Source: an uncultured Chromatiaceae bacterium (GTDB lineage Bacteria > Pseudomonadota > Gammaproteobacteria > JAADHS01). Taken from it: 64,000 bases of DNA. Where the stretch lies: the NCBI GenBank assembly GCA_964421045.1, contig CAYQVF010000010.1, forward strand, positions 118 to 64,117, written 5' to 3'. Below the pieces are notes generated by a model. It saw only the letters and a list, made by a program, of their open reading frames with translations. It was not told the origin of the DNA and did no database searches. The translations under genes were made by a program, and so were the position numbers. Positions within the stretch are counted from its first letter, which is position 1, and every line of letters begins with the position of its first letter. Positions 39,731 to 51,447 of this stretch are shown here, in pieces.

Positions 39731-41286
39731 TGGTTGTTCATACATCAGGGTACGAAAAAGGTGGGATGACATTGGGTGCGTTATTGTTAGAAGGTATCGC
39801 TGATCTTCCTCTCTCTGCTGAAGCAGTTTTTATAAATGATCTGGCTTTGAATAGCGAAAAAGTCAGGCCGGGAAGTTTATTTTTTGCATGTCATGGCTTG
39901 CAGTGTTCTGGACATAACTATATTCAGCAGGCGATAAAACAAGGCGCAGTGGCCGTGTTGTATGAAGAACCTTATGACTTGCTTGAGTCAATAGAGAATA
40001 AAAATATTCCGCTTGTTGCTGTTGCCCATCTAAGAGAAAAAATAGGCTTGATTGCGGATCGGTTTTATGGCAATCCTTCACAGTTATTAAATATGATTGG
40101 TGTGACTGGAACCAATGGCAAGAGTTCTTGTTCCTATTTTATAGCGCACACCCTCTCTCAAGGACACCCTGTTCCTTGTGGTTTGATGGGGACGTTAGGT
40201 AATGGCCTATACGGGAACTTAAGTTCTTCAACTCATACTACGCCCGATGCGGTTAGTGTGCATAAAATGCTTTATCAAATGGGTAATAAAGGTGCAAATA
40301 ACGTAGTGATGGAAGTGTCATCTCATGGTTTGCAGCAGGGTCGAGTCAATAGTGTGCATTTTAAAACGGCGGTTTTTACAAATTTGACACATGATCATCT
40401 CGATTATCATGGTTCTATGGCTGCTTATTTAGCGGCCAAGTTGAAATTATTTGAAAATGTTAACCTGGAATCTGTAGTGATAAATATGGCAGATCGTTCG
40501 GCAAAAGAAATTTTAGCTTGTTTGAACAAGCAAGTTTCCGTTATTGGTTACCGATTGTATAAAACCGATTCAGAAAAATTTGTTGAAGTGGTTGACCCTG
40601 CTATCAGAATGATTAATGCAGTCTCTGTAGAGTCTTCGTTGTTGGGTATGACAGCTAAAATAACTTCACCTTGGGGGCAAGGTGTCTTACGCAGCAATCT
40701 ATTGGGTCATTTTAATATAGAAAATCTGCTCGCGACCTTGGGCGTGTTATTGTTAAACGGGGTTTCATTCGATGATGCTTTGGCTCGTCTGTCAACGGTT
40801 CGAGCTCTAGCGGGAAGAATGGAGACCTTCTTACGCCAAACGGGAAAGGGAATGGTCGTGGTTGATTACGCTCACACTCCCGATGCGTTGGCAAAAGTTT
40901 TGCAAACCTTACGTTCGCATACAGCAGGGCGTTTGTGGTGTGTGTTGGGTTGCGGGGGAGATAGAGATAGCGGGAAAAGATCGCAGATGGGCAAGGTCGC
41001 TGCGGATCTATGCGATCATTTCATAGTAACCGACGATAATCCACGAAGTGAAAAGCCAGAAAAAATAACTGAAGATATGACTTCAGGCCTGCATAGTGAA
41101 TATACCATTGTTCATGATCGAGCTTTGGCTATAAAATTTGCGATAGAGCAGGCAGAAACAGACGATGTGGTGCTGATTGCAGGTAAAGGGCATGAAACTT
41201 ATCAAGAAAAAAATGGCGTACGCCGCTATTTTAGCGACCGGAAAGAGGTGGCTAAACATTTAGATTGCGAGGGGTGTGTTTCATGA
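39727..41286 (+). CDS. murE: UDP-MurNAc-tripeptide meso-DAP ligase MurE
   Basis: Mur ligase P-loop GVTGTNGKSS and a DNPR motif near the C-terminus, consistent with a DAP-adding enzyme. The true start may be the internal ATG about 13 codons in. Confidence 0.9.
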   Translation: MMVVHTSGYEKGGMTLGALLLEGIADLPLSAEAVFINDLALNSEKVRPGSLFFACHGLQCSGHNYIQQAIKQGAVAVLYEEPYDLLESIENKNIPLVAVAHLREKIGLIADRFYGNPSQLLNMIGVTGTNGKSSCSYFIAHTLSQGHPVPCGLMGTLGNGLYGNLSSSTHTTPDAVSVHKMLYQMGNKGANNVVMEVSSHGLQQGRVNSVHFKTAVFTNLTHDHLDYHGSMAAYLAAKLKLFENVNLESVVINMADRSAKEILACLNKQVSVIGYRLYKTDSEKFVEVVDPAIRMINAVSVESSLLGMTAKITSPWGQGVLRSNLLGHFNIENLLATLGVLLLNGVSFDDALARLSTVRALAGRMETFLRQTGKGMVVVDYAHTPDALAKVLQTLRSHTAGRLWCVLGCGGDRDSGKRSQMGKVAADLCDHFIVTDDNPRSEKPEKITEDMTSGLHSEYTIVHDRALAIKFAIEQAETDDVVLIAGKGHETYQEKNGVRRYFSDRKEVAKHLDCEGCVS

Positions 41287-42686
41287 AAATACAGTCCTTT
41301 GATTTGGCAAAAATTTTGGACGGAAACCACATTGCTCATAATGTGACGATAACGGGTATTTGCACCGATACCCGCAGGTTAAAAAAAGGAAATTTGTTTT
41401 TTGCGCTGACGGGTCCTAATTTTAATGGTCATCATTTTATTGATAAAGCAATGGAAAAAGGTGCCGTAGCTGCTGTAGTGAGCGAAGATGTAGGGGCTGC
41501 AATTACATTGCTCAAGGTTGATAACGTCAAGCAAGCTTTGGGTGATTTAGCTGCTTATTGGCGCAGTCAGTTTGTTCGCCCTGTTATCGCGATTACGGGC
41601 AGTAATGGTAAAACGACTGTTAAAGAAATGATGATGGCCATTATGCTGCAAGATAGTCGAGGTATTGCTACGCAAGGTAATTTTAATAACGAAATTGGTG
41701 TGCCTCTGACGCTACTGAGAATTTCGCCAAATGAAGATCAATTCGCAATAATAGAAATGGGGGCGAATCATATTGGTGAGATCGCCTATCTTACTCATCT
41801 TGCTTGTCCTGATGTTGCCATTGTAACGAATGTTGCAGATGCGCATCTTGAAGGCTTTGGTAGTCGGGATCAAATCGCGCAAGCAAAATCAGAAATATTT
41901 TTAGGTTTGCATGAGCAAGGCGTCGCCGTGCTCAATGCCGATGATCAATATGCAGAGGTATTTAAGGAAAAGGCAATCGCTTATAACACTTTGACTTTTG
42001 GTTTTGCTCGCGATGCAGATATTAGAGTGACGCAAGCCAAACCTCTTAGTCATCGTGTTGACAATGTCATGGGTACGCATATAGAGCTGGATACGCCGCT
42101 AGGAAATATCCAGTTCGATTTGCCCTTGCCCGGGCATCATAACATTATGAATGCACTCGCTGCGACGGCGGCGTGTTGTGCCTTAAATTTACCCAGTGAA
42201 AAAATAGTGCAGGGGTTGCAATCAATGGCTGCTGTAACAGGTCGTTTGCAAATGAAAATGGGTGTGAATGGTCTTCGCTTGATCGATGATACCTATAATG
42301 CAAACCCCGCTTCATTTCGTGCAGCCATTGATGTGCTGGCTTGTAGTCATGGCCATAAAATTATCGTTATTGGAGAGATGGCAGAGTTAGGTAAAGAAAC
42401 CCAAAAACTGCATAGCGCCGTGGCGTTGATGGCAAAAGAAGCAAATATTGATGCGCTCTATGCCGTGGGTGATTCAGCTAAAATCATGGCTGAGTCTTTT
42501 GGTTCCAGTGGGGCTTATTTCGCTAATCAAGAGGCGCTTGTAGCTACGCTGAAAAATGATGTCAATAAACGGGGTTTTAAAGAAGTGGTGGTGCTTGTAA
42601 AAGGTTCGCGATCCAGTCGTATGGAAAAAATAGTCGAAGCCTTAGAAGCAACAAATGATGTTCTGCAATTGGCCATGAGAAAATAA
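41283..42686 (+). CDS. murF: UDP-MurNAc-pentapeptide synthetase MurF
   Basis: Start at the ATG overlapping the murE stop (ATGA). P-loop ITGSNGKTT. Confidence 0.9.
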   Translation: MKIQSFDLAKILDGNHIAHNVTITGICTDTRRLKKGNLFFALTGPNFNGHHFIDKAMEKGAVAAVVSEDVGAAITLLKVDNVKQALGDLAAYWRSQFVRPVIAITGSNGKTTVKEMMMAIMLQDSRGIATQGNFNNEIGVPLTLLRISPNEDQFAIIEMGANHIGEIAYLTHLACPDVAIVTNVADAHLEGFGSRDQIAQAKSEIFLGLHEQGVAVLNADDQYAEVFKEKAIAYNTLTFGFARDADIRVTQAKPLSHRVDNVMGTHIELDTPLGNIQFDLPLPGHHNIMNALAATAACCALNLPSEKIVQGLQSMAAVTGRLQMKMGVNGLRLIDDTYNANPASFRAAIDVLACSHGHKIIVIGEMAELGKETQKLHSAVALMAKEANIDALYAVGDSAKIMAESFGSSGAYFANQEALVATLKNDVNKRGFKEVVVLVKGSRSSRMEKIVEALEATNDVLQLAMRK

Positions 42687-42689
42687 TTT

Positions 42690-43772
42690 ATGTTGCTCTA
42701 TATTGCCGACTTTTTATCAAATTATTTTAGTGTGTTTAATGTATTTCAATACTTAACTTTTCGCTCCATTTTGGGGGTGTTAACCGCGTTGATTATTTCT
42801 TTTGTGGTCGGGCCAATAATGATTAAAAAACTGAGTCATTATCAAATTGGACAGACGATTCGAGAAGATGGGCCTGAGAGTCATCTGGAAAAAGCGGGAA
42901 CCCCGACCATGGGGGGTGCGTTGATTTTAGTTGCCATTGCGATCAGTACGTTGCTGTGGTCAGATTTGTCTAGTGGTTATGTCTGGATTGTATTGTTGGT
43001 CACCTTGGCTTTTGGTGCGATTGGCTGGGTGGATGATTATAAAAAAATAGTAGAAAAAAACTCTGATGGCTTATCCGTTAGGCAGAAATTATTGTGGCAG
43101 TCTGTGGCTGGATTATGCGCCGCAGTCTTACTTTATGCGACCGCCGCTTCGCCTGTTGAAACAACGTTGATCGTTCCTTTTTTTAAGGATATCGCCATTG
43201 ATTTAGGGCTGGGCTTTATATTGTTAACTTATTTGGTCATTGTAGGCTCCAGTAATGCTGTTAATTTTACTGATGGTCTGGATGGCTTGGCGATTATGCC
43301 AACCGTGTTAGTGGCTGGAGCGCTGGCTATTTTTGCATACTTAAGTGGTCATGTGAAATTCGCCGAATATTTGAGTATCCCTTATGTTGCCGGGGTGGGT
43401 GAAGTGATCATTTTTTGTGGTGCGATTGTGGGTGCGGGTTTGGGATTTTTATGGTTTAACACCTATCCCGCCCAGGTGTTTATGGGCGATGTCGGTGCAT
43501 TGGCGTTGGGTGCTGCACTCGGTGTTGTGGCTGTTGTCGTTCGTCAGGAGTTAGTGTTATTTATTATGGGTGGGGTGTTTGTTATAGAAATGGTGTCCGT
43601 TATCTTGCAAGTGGTTTCCTATAAGCTAACGGGTAAACGTATTTTCCGTATGGCGCCATTGCATCATCATTATGAATTACAAGGCTGGGCTGAACCCAAG
43701 GTAATTGTGCGATTTTGGATCATTACCGTCATTTTGGTATTGGTTGGTTTGGCAACATTGAAGTTACGATGA
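42690..43772 (+). CDS. mraY: phospho-MurNAc-pentapeptide translocase MraY
   Basis: Ten TM helices and conserved [12 protein letters not shown] and MGDVG motifs. Confidence 0.95.
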   Translation: MLLYIADFLSNYFSVFNVFQYLTFRSILGVLTALIISFVVGPIMIKKLSHYQIGQTIREDGPESHLEKAGTPTMGGALILVAIAISTLLWSDLSSGYVWIVLLVTLAFGAIGWVDDYKKIVEKNSDGLSVRQKLLWQSVAGLCAAVLLYATAASPVETTLIVPFFKDIAIDLGLGFILLTYLVIVGSSNAVNFTDGLDGLAIMPTVLVAGALAIFAYLSGHVKFAEYLSIPYVAGVGEVIIFCGAIVGAGLGFLWFNTYPAQVFMGDVGALALGAALGVVAVVVRQELVLFIMGGVFVIEMVSVILQVVSYKLTGKRIFRMAPLHHHYELQGWAEPKVIVRFWIITVILVLVGLATLKLR

Positions 43773-43775
43773 ACG

Positions 43776-45113
43776 ATGTTAGATAAACCTTCAACATTAA
43801 TCGTAGGTTTAGGTAAAACAGGTTTTTCGTGTGTGAAAAGTTTGGTGGCTGAAGGCATCCCTGTTGCTGTGACGGACAGTCGAGACCAGCCTCCTTTTTT
43901 GCAAATGCTGAAAGAGCAGTATCCTGACGTTGCTGTGTTTTTAGGTGGATTGAGTGAAGATGCATTTAGAATGGCTGAACAAATCGTGATTAGTCCGGGA
44001 GTATCGCTGGCTTTACCTGAAATACAACAGGCTGCAAGTCGAGGTTTGCCTGTTTTAGGTGACGTTGAGCTTTTTGCGCGTCGTTGCCAAGCTCCCGTTA
44101 TTGCTATTACGGGATCGAATGGTAAAAGTACGGTGACGGCCATGGTTAATGACATGATAAAAGAGGCTGGTTATACCGTGCGAGTGGGTGCGAATTACGG
44201 CACGCCAGCATTGGACTTACTTGCTGGCGAAAATCCCGATTATTACTTATTAGAGCTGTCTAGTTTTCAACTGGAGACGACAATGTCGCTCTCTCCCAAA
44301 GTGTCTGTATTACTCAATTTGAGTCCAGATCACTTGGATCGATATGAAAGTGTTGAAGATTATTACACAGCAAAGCGTCGTATCTATCGCGGAGCGGAGG
44401 GCATTGTCAGTACGATAGAGGAAGCCAATAATGACGTATTAAAAAATAGGGAAACGATTACTTTTGGGCCCACTGACGCGGATGCAAAAGTGGAAGAAAT
44501 TGAGGGGCAATCCTGGATTGTATATCGAACACAACCCATCATTACTGTAAATGAACTGCAATTGTTAGGGCAGCATAATTTGTGTAACGCATTAGCTGCG
44601 GTGGCCATCGCGAATGCGATCACTTTGCCTCGCTCGGCTATTGTTACTGTTCTTAAATCTTTTTCTGGTTTGCCACATAGAATGGAGTGGGTTGCCGAAC
44701 AATTCGGTGTTGTGTGGATCAATGACTCAAAAGCAACGAACGTCGGCTCTACCGAAGCAGCACTCTTGGGTTTCGATGATCCTGTGATTTTGCTTGCTGG
44801 AGGCGAGAGCAAAGGGGCAGACTTTATGTCGTTACGGGCAGCCGTTAAGCGGCATGTTAAAGCGCTCGTTTTCTATGGGCGTGATGCGTCTCTACTCTCT
44901 GTAGCGCTAAAGGGTATCGTGCCAATCAAGCAAGTCGCAACGTTGGAGGAGGCGGTGCAAAGTGCAGCCGAAATAGCCACAAAAGGGGATCGAGTCTTGT
45001 TTTCACCCGCGTGTGCAAGTTTTGATTTATATGATAATTACGAACGGCGAGGAGACGCGTTTAAATCTTTAGTATATCAGTATGTTGGCCGTCAGAGGCC
45101 TGCTGATGATTAA
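43776..45113 (+). CDS. murD: UDP-MurNAc-L-Ala D-Glu ligase MurD
   Basis: P-loop ITGSNGKST and Mur ligase middle and C-terminal domains. Confidence 0.9.
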   Translation: MLDKPSTLIVGLGKTGFSCVKSLVAEGIPVAVTDSRDQPPFLQMLKEQYPDVAVFLGGLSEDAFRMAEQIVISPGVSLALPEIQQAASRGLPVLGDVELFARRCQAPVIAITGSNGKSTVTAMVNDMIKEAGYTVRVGANYGTPALDLLAGENPDYYLLELSSFQLETTMSLSPKVSVLLNLSPDHLDRYESVEDYYTAKRRIYRGAEGIVSTIEEANNDVLKNRETITFGPTDADAKVEEIEGQSWIVYRTQPIITVNELQLLGQHNLCNALAAVAIANAITLPRSAIVTVLKSFSGLPHRMEWVAEQFGVVWINDSKATNVGSTEAALLGFDDPVILLAGGESKGADFMSLRAAVKRHVKALVFYGRDASLLSVALKGIVPIKQVATLEEAVQSAAEIATKGDRVLFSPACASFDLYDNYERRGDAFKSLVYQYVGRQRPADD

Positions 45114-46278
45114 ACAGCTAAAAGGCGTTTTCGTCAGTGATCCATGGTTACTTGGGTCGGTTGTCAGTTTGTTAAGCATTGGGTTGGTGATGCTGGCTTC
45201 GGCTTCAATGAATATCGGTTATGAGCAATATGGGTCACCCTATTATTTTCTTGGGCGCCAGGTTGTTTATTTGGTATTGGGCTTGTTGGTTGCGTGTGGG
45301 GTGTTATTGATGCCTTTGTCGGTGTGGGCCAGAAGCGGGAATGTTTTGTTGGTTTTTTCCATCGTCTTGCTCATTCTGGTTTTTGTGCCGGAGGTGGGGC
45401 GAACGGTCAATGGCAGTGCTCGTTGGATTGGTTTAGGCGCCTTTAATCTACAACCTTCTGAGTTAAGTAAATTGGCTATCGTGATTTATATGGCAGCGTT
45501 ACTTGCGGCCAAGGGTAATGAGATATTGAGCGATTGGAAATTATTATTATTGCGTTTACTTCCCCTGTTTTTAATGGGGGTGTTGCTGATGCTTGAGCCA
45601 GATTTTGGCGCAACTGCGGTGATTTTTGGTACGGTCTTGGCGGTCTTGTTTCTTGCCGGTGTAAAATTAAAATATTTTATTTCATTTTTATTGATACTGG
45701 GTTCTAGTGCGTACTTTTTAGTGATTATGTCACCCTATCGTTTTAGTCGATTGAAAAGCTATTTGCAAGCCTGCGAACCGGAATATTATTATAAAGAGGG
45801 TTATCAATTGTGCCAGGCGCTGATCGCCTTTGGTCGTGGCGATTGGTTTGGTGTCGGTCTGGGAAGCAGCGTGCAAAAGCTGTTCTACTTGCCGGAAGCA
45901 CATACGGATTTTTTACTGGCCGTGCTGGGTGAAGAGCTTGGTTTTATCGGGTCGTTGACTATTATTATTTTGTTCACTTTTTTGATTGTTCGGGCGTTTA
46001 GTCTGGGCGCAAAAGCAAAAGAAAAAAAACAGTATTTTGCTGCTTACCTGGCTTACGGTATTGGTGTTTGGGTTGCACTTCAGGCGTTCATTAATTTAGG
46101 TGTCAATATGGGTTTATTGCCGACTAAAGGTATTACGTTACCGCTGATGAGTTATGGTGGTAGCAGTATCGTGATGATGTGTATTAGTTTTGCTTTGTTG
46201 CTACGTATCGCTTATGAACAAAAAACACTGAAAATTAAATCAAAGCCAAAGGTTAATGTATGGGCGGCTGCGTCTTGA
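45082..46278 (+). CDS. ftsW: peptidoglycan polymerase / lipid II flippase FtsW (SEDS family)
   Basis: Multi-TM SEDS protein between murD and murG. Confidence 0.9.
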   Translation: MLAVRGLLMIKQLKGVFVSDPWLLGSVVSLLSIGLVMLASASMNIGYEQYGSPYYFLGRQVVYLVLGLLVACGVLLMPLSVWARSGNVLLVFSIVLLILVFVPEVGRTVNGSARWIGLGAFNLQPSELSKLAIVIYMAALLAAKGNEILSDWKLLLLRLLPLFLMGVLLMLEPDFGATAVIFGTVLAVLFLAGVKLKYFISFLLILGSSAYFLVIMSPYRFSRLKSYLQACEPEYYYKEGYQLCQALIAFGRGDWFGVGLGSSVQKLFYLPEAHTDFLLAVLGEELGFIGSLTIIILFTFLIVRAFSLGAKAKEKKQYFAAYLAYGIGVWVALQAFINLGVNMGLLPTKGITLPLMSYGGSSIVMMCISFALLLRIAYEQKTLKIKSKPKVNVWAAAS

Positions 46279-47357
46279 TTATGGCCGGTGGGACCGGTGG
46301 GCATGTGTTTCCTGCTTTAGCTGTGGCTAAAAAACTGGAAGAGCAGGGCTTTGACATTGTTTGGTTGGGTACAAAAACGGGTCTGGAGGCCAGGCTGGTT
46401 CCTCCTTTTGGTTTTGCTATTGAGTGGATAACGGTGTCTGGACTGAGAGGGAAAGGTTTGATGAGCTGGCTGGCTGCGCCCGTGCGAATAATTAAGGCGT
46501 TGTTTCAGTCGTTGCGCGTGATTCAAAAATGTAAGCCGGATATGGTGTTAGGGATGGGCGGATTTGTCTCTGGGCCCGGTGGTCTGGCGAGTTGGATGTT
46601 GGGTAAACCTTTGTTGATACATGAGCAAAATGCCATAGCTGGCTTGACCAATCGTTGTTTGGCACCTTTGGCAAAACGAGTATTACAGGCTTTTCCTGGC
46701 GCGTTTGCTGATGCCAAAAAAGTTTCGGTCGTCGGTAATCCGGTTCGGGATGAAATTATTAATTTAATTGCTGTTCCCAAAGTTGAACACAATGGGTTAA
46801 AAAAATTGAAAGTATTGGTTGTGGGCGGCAGTCTGGGCGCACAAATTTTTAATGATACTGTGCCTAAAGCCATTGCGGGCATGAAGGGTTGTGATCAACC
46901 TGAAATATGGCACCAGGCCGGTGCGCGTAATATAGAGAATGCGCTTGCAAATTATAAAAAATATGAAGTTGATGCCAAAGTGGAGGCCTTTATTGATGAC
47001 ATGGCAGCCGCCTATCACTGGGCGGATGTGGTGCTTTGCCGAGCGGGGGCGTTAACGGTGTCTGAGTTAGCTGTCGTTGGTTTGCCTTCAATTTTGGTGC
47101 CTTACCCTTATGCTGTAGATGATCACCAAACGTACAACGCGAAATTTCTAGCCGATGCAGGCGCTGCAATTTTAGTACCGCAATCGGCATTGACCGTACA
47201 CTATTTGGCCGAATTGTTTGCTGATCTATCAGCGAGCTCTGATAATAATAACAGAGGAAAAACGTTGCAAAAAATGGTCTCAGCAACGGCTAGGGTAGCC
47301 AGGCCTGATGCGACCTGTAATGTAGTAAAGGCTTGCATGGCGGTGCTTCATGTTTAA
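46260..47357 (+). CDS. murG: UDP-GlcNAc:lipid I GlcNAc transferase MurG
   Basis: [17 protein letters not shown]-terminal G-loop. Start may be 7 codons downstream. Confidence 0.9.
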   Translation: MGGCVLIMAGGTGGHVFPALAVAKKLEEQGFDIVWLGTKTGLEARLVPPFGFAIEWITVSGLRGKGLMSWLAAPVRIIKALFQSLRVIQKCKPDMVLGMGGFVSGPGGLASWMLGKPLLIHEQNAIAGLTNRCLAPLAKRVLQAFPGAFADAKKVSVVGNPVRDEIINLIAVPKVEHNGLKKLKVLVVGGSLGAQIFNDTVPKAIAGMKGCDQPEIWHQAGARNIENALANYKKYEVDAKVEAFIDDMAAAYHWADVVLCRAGALTVSELAVVGLPSILVPYPYAVDDHQTYNAKFLADAGAAILVPQSALTVHYLAELFADLSASSDNNNRGKTLQKMVSATARVARPDATCNVVKACMAVLHV

Positions 47358-47394
47358 CTCACTATTGCAAGCTCATCATTGCGAAGGTGTTGGT

Positions 47395-48843
47395 ATGGGT
47401 GCGTCGGTCAATCCATTAAATGACCAAACTAAAAATGTAGCGGACATGGGGCGTGTTCGCAAAATCCACTTTGTCGGCATTGGTGGTGCGGGCATGGGCG
47501 GCATTGCCGAAGTTTTACATAATTTGGGTTATGAGGTTTCTGGTTCGGACTTGGCGAAAAATGCGATGACACGTAGATTATCATCACAGGGGGTGGATAT
47601 ACGGCTGGGTCATGATGCCAGCTACGCCCAGGATAAAGACGTACTGGTGATTTCCAGTGCAATTGATGAAAAAAATCCTGAGGTTGCATTTGCCCATGTT
47701 GAGCGCATTCCGGTCGTACCCAGGGCTGAAATGTTAGCGGAGTTGATGCGTTTTCGCTATGGCATTGCGGTTGCCGGTACCCATGGAAAAACGACGACAA
47801 CCAGCTTGGTCGCCAGTTTGTTGGCAGAAGGCGGGTTGGATCCCACCTTTGTTATTGGTGGCAAGCTCAATAGTGCGGGTGTGCATGCTAGATTGGGAGC
47901 AAGTCATTATTTGGTTGCTGAAGCCGATGAAAGTGATGCCTCTTTTTTACATTTACAACCTATGATTGCCATTGTTACCAATATTGACGCTGATCATATG
48001 GAGACCTATGGCGGGGATTTTTCTCAACTCAAACAAACCTTCATCGAATTTTTACATCACCTTCCTTTTTATGGTTTAGCTGTGGTGTGCCTCGATGACC
48101 CTATTGTTTGCGAAGTATTACCAGAAATTAGTCGACCCATTGTGACCTATGGTTTGGCTGAAGACGCTGATATCAGAGCCATTGATCTTCACCAGGAAGG
48201 TGCGAAGACCCACTTTAAAGTGCAAGTGCATGGTGAGGAGCCACCTATAGAGTTCACTTTAAATCTTCCTGGGTTGCATAATGTGCAAAATGCCCTGGCG
48301 GCGATTGCGATTGCTTTTGAGCTGGGTGTTTCGGTAGAAAAAATTGGCAGCGGCCTGGCAGGTTTTCAAGGTATTGCGCGTCGATTTCAAGTCTATGGTG
48401 AGTTTGATACGGATAGCGGTAAAGTATTGCTCGTTGATGATTATGGACATCACCCCAAAGAAATTGCTGCAACATTGCAAGCGATACGAGCAGGGTGGCC
48501 GGAGCGTCGCGTGGTTTTAGTTTTTCAGCCTCATCGATATACGCGAACGCATGATTTATTTGATGATTTTTCCATCGTTTTGTCTGAGACAGATATTTTG
48601 GTATTGCTCGATGTTTATGCGGCAGGTGAGCAAATTATCGCGGGTGCAGACAGCCGATCATTAAGCCGAGCCATTCGTGCCCGTGGCAAAGTGGAACCCA
48701 TTTTTATTGAAGATAGAGAGCGGCTTGTGGATACCTTGAAAGAGGTGATTCGAGAAAATGATGTCCTTGTAACCATGGGTGCAGGCGATGTGGGTGGGAT
48801 TGCGGCACAACTGCAAAGTCAGTTGCAAAGGAGTACGACATGA
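47395..48843 (+). CDS. murC: UDP-MurNAc L-Ala ligase MurC
   Basis: [22 protein letters not shown] aligns with the E. coli MurC N-terminus. P-loop [10 protein letters not shown]. Start chosen at an internal ATG to avoid the long overlap with murG. The alternative ATG at 47446 is also possible. Confidence 0.85.
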   Translation: MGASVNPLNDQTKNVADMGRVRKIHFVGIGGAGMGGIAEVLHNLGYEVSGSDLAKNAMTRRLSSQGVDIRLGHDASYAQDKDVLVISSAIDEKNPEVAFAHVERIPVVPRAEMLAELMRFRYGIAVAGTHGKTTTTSLVASLLAEGGLDPTFVIGGKLNSAGVHARLGASHYLVAEADESDASFLHLQPMIAIVTNIDADHMETYGGDFSQLKQTFIEFLHHLPFYGLAVVCLDDPIVCEVLPEISRPIVTYGLAEDADIRAIDLHQEGAKTHFKVQVHGEEPPIEFTLNLPGLHNVQNALAAIAIAFELGVSVEKIGSGLAGFQGIARRFQVYGEFDTDSGKVLLVDDYGHHPKEIAATLQAIRAGWPERRVVLVFQPHRYTRTHDLFDDFSIVLSETDILVLLDVYAAGEQIIAGADSRSLSRAIRARGKVEPIFIEDRERLVDTLKEVIRENDVLVTMGAGDVGGIAAQLQSQLQRSTT

Positions 48844-49745
48844 TGTCCGCCGTTACGCTTGCTCCTGAATGTCGAGGCAAAGTAAAAAAACAAGAATCCA
48901 TGTCGCGTCATACATCATGGCGAGTGGGTGGGCCCGCTGATTGTTTTTATATTCCCGCTGATTTAGACGATTTGTCAAATTTTTTGTCACTCACTCAGTA
49001 TGAAGGTGAGTTGATATGGTTGGGGCTGGGGAGTAATTTGTTAGTCAGGGATGGCGGTATACGAGGTCGGGTTATTCATACGGTGGGTGTGCTTGACAGC
49101 TTGTATTTAATATCAGGCACCGATGTTTACCTGGGCGCTGGTGCGACTTGTGCCAAAGCGGCTCGTTTTTGTGCTGCGCAGGGTTTGGTTGGTGCCGAAT
49201 TTTTAGCGGGTATACCCGGCACCATTGGTGGTGCACTGGCAATGAATGCCGGTGCGTTTGATGGCGAAATATGGGATGCGGTCATTGAGGTCGAAACCAT
49301 AAATAAAGAAGGCGATAAATTTGTTCGCGCTGCAGAGGAATTTGAAATTAGCTATCGTAGTGCGCGTTTCCAGTTTCAGGAATGGTTTTTGGGTGCGCGC
49401 CTCAGGCTGACACGTGGTGACGCAGAGAGCAGTGTGCGACGCATTAAAGCTTTATTGGCAAAAAGAAATGAATCTCAGCCTGTGGGTTATGCCAGTTGTG
49501 GTTCCGTGTTTCGCAACCCTGAGGGTGACTATGCCGGGCGATTAATAGAGTCTTGCGGTTTAAAAGGTCACCGCTACGGAGGCGCTATGGTGTCAGAGAA
49601 GCACGCAAATTTTATCATTAATACAGGCCGTGCAAATGCTTCTGAAATTGAGTCTTTGATTCATTTTGTACAAAAGATTGTTTTTAAAAAACGAGGGGTT
49701 TCTTTATTCACTGAAGTGAAAATAATAGGGGAAACCTTGTCTTGA
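48840..49745 (+). CDS. murB: UDP-N-acetylenolpyruvoylglucosamine reductase MurB
   Basis: FAD-binding PCMH-type domain ([10 protein letters not shown]...LGLGSNLL). Confidence 0.9.
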   Translation: MMSAVTLAPECRGKVKKQESMSRHTSWRVGGPADCFYIPADLDDLSNFLSLTQYEGELIWLGLGSNLLVRDGGIRGRVIHTVGVLDSLYLISGTDVYLGAGATCAKAARFCAAQGLVGAEFLAGIPGTIGGALAMNAGAFDGEIWDAVIEVETINKEGDKFVRAAEEFEISYRSARFQFQEWFLGARLRLTRGDAESSVRRIKALLAKRNESQPVGYASCGSVFRNPEGDYAGRLIESCGLKGHRYGGAMVSEKHANFIINTGRANASEIESLIHFVQKIVFKKRGVSLFTEVKIIGETLS

Positions 49746-50686
49746 TGGCTAGCGAACAACGGGTTTCTACTGATTATGGGCGAGTTGCTGTCGTGATGGG
49801 TGGTGCTTCTGCCGAACGTGACATATCGTTACAAAGCGGTAGAGCTATTTTGACATCTTTATTAAAAAGCGGAGTCGATGCCGTGGGTATTGATACGCAA
49901 TATGGCTTGTCCGGTCTGGTCTCTGAAGCGCATATTGATCGGGTGTTTATCGCATTACATGGCCGTGGGGGAGAAGATGGTTCGTTTCAAGGTGCCTTGT
50001 CCTGTATGAACTTGCCTTATACCGGAAGTGATGTTCTGGGTTCGGCGTTAGCCATGGATAAACTCAAAACAAAACAAGTATGGCGTGCTTGCCAGCTCCC
50101 TACTCCACCTTATGTTGAGGCGACGTCACTAGACGATATGTTGGCCTTGTCGGGCGAGCTGAATTTTCCGATTGCGCTTAAGCCGATCAATGAAGGTTCA
50201 AGTATCGGTATTTCAAAGGTAACGGACAAAACTTCTTTATCGGCAGCATGGCCAGAGGCGGCCAAATATGATGTTTCTATTTTGGCTGAACAATGGGTTG
50301 AGGGCGATGAATATACCATTGCTGTATTAAATGGGCAGGCATTACCTGCAATAAAACTTAAGACAAGCCATATTTTTTATGACTATGAGGCGAAATACAA
50401 TTCAAATGATACTCGCTATATTTGCCCTTGTGGTTTGTCTCCGAAAACAGAGCGTAGTTTGCACGAAATAGTTTTAAAAGCCTTTTCAGTGCTGGGTTGC
50501 AGTGGCTGGGGGCGTGTAGATTTTATGATAGATAAAGAGGGACAGGTTTGGCTGTTAGAAGTGAACACCATTCCAGGAATGACCGATCACAGCCTGGTAC
50601 CGATGGCAGCGCAACAGGCTGGGCTGTCATTTGATCGGCTGGTTTTAGCAATACTGGATACGAGTTTTAAGATTAAGGTTTCATGA
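49742..50686 (+). CDS. ddl: D-alanine-D-alanine ligase
   Basis: ATP-grasp fold. LHGRGGEDGSFQGAL and EVNTIPGMT motifs. Confidence 0.9.
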   Translation: MMASEQRVSTDYGRVAVVMGGASAERDISLQSGRAILTSLLKSGVDAVGIDTQYGLSGLVSEAHIDRVFIALHGRGGEDGSFQGALSCMNLPYTGSDVLGSALAMDKLKTKQVWRACQLPTPPYVEATSLDDMLALSGELNFPIALKPINEGSSIGISKVTDKTSLSAAWPEAAKYDVSILAEQWVEGDEYTIAVLNGQALPAIKLKTSHIFYDYEAKYNSNDTRYICPCGLSPKTERSLHEIVLKAFSVLGCSGWGRVDFMIDKEGQVWLLEVNTIPGMTDHSLVPMAAQQAGLSFDRLVLAILDTSFKIKVS

Positions 50687-51447
50687 TGGGCAATAAAAAA
50701 AAGGATTCAATTAAATCAAAAAATAGAGTATCAGGGCGTTTTGTATTTTTATGTGCTGGTTTTGTCGTGGTGCTGAGTCTTTGTGCAGGGGCATATCAAT
50801 TATTGGGTGATGCGGATTTTTTTCCGGTGAAAGGGCTGGAAATTCATTCACAATTTGAAAAAATAGACAGAGCCACGGTCATCGATGTGGTTGCCAGTGA
50901 AACAGGGTTAGGTTTCTATGGTCTTGAGCTGGAGGAAATAAAGTTAAAATTATTGGCAGTGCCCTGGATCCATAATGTTGCCGTGACTCGACGTTGGCCT
51001 GATCAATTGAGCATTACTGTGACAGAACAGCAGGCCGTAGCGCGTTGGTCAAAAGGGGGGTTAATTAATATATATGGACATGTTTTCTATCCATCAAAGG
51101 CATCTTACCCAAAAAATCTTCCTTTGATTATGGGTCAGTTCGGGGAGCAGGAAAAATTATTATTACAATATCGAGAAATGAATGAAATACTGGCCGTGTT
51201 GAATTTACGTATTGCCTGGCTGGAACAAGATGAGCGGCATGCGATAAAACTAGGTTTGAATCGTGGGACTTCATTATTGCTGGGCCGCAAAAATGAAATG
51301 CTCAGGTTGAAGCGTTTTGTCGATGTCTACAAAAAATCGTTTAAGGAAAAAAGTAGGGGGATGGACAGGGTCGATTTACGTTATTCCAATGGCTTTGCAG
51401 TTCAATGGACGGCGGTAAAAAATGAAGGGGCTGCTGATGGTGTCTAA
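50683..51447 (+). CDS. ftsQ: cell division protein FtsQ
   Basis: Single TM anchor followed by POTRA and beta domains. Located between ddl and ftsA. Confidence 0.85.
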   Translation: MMGNKKKDSIKSKNRVSGRFVFLCAGFVVVLSLCAGAYQLLGDADFFPVKGLEIHSQFEKIDRATVIDVVASETGLGFYGLELEEIKLKLLAVPWIHNVAVTRRWPDQLSITVTEQQAVARWSKGGLINIYGHVFYPSKASYPKNLPLIMGQFGEQEKLLLQYREMNEILAVLNLRIAWLEQDERHAIKLGLNRGTSLLLGRKNEMLRLKRFVDVYKKSFKEKSRGMDRVDLRYSNGFAVQWTAVKNEGAADGV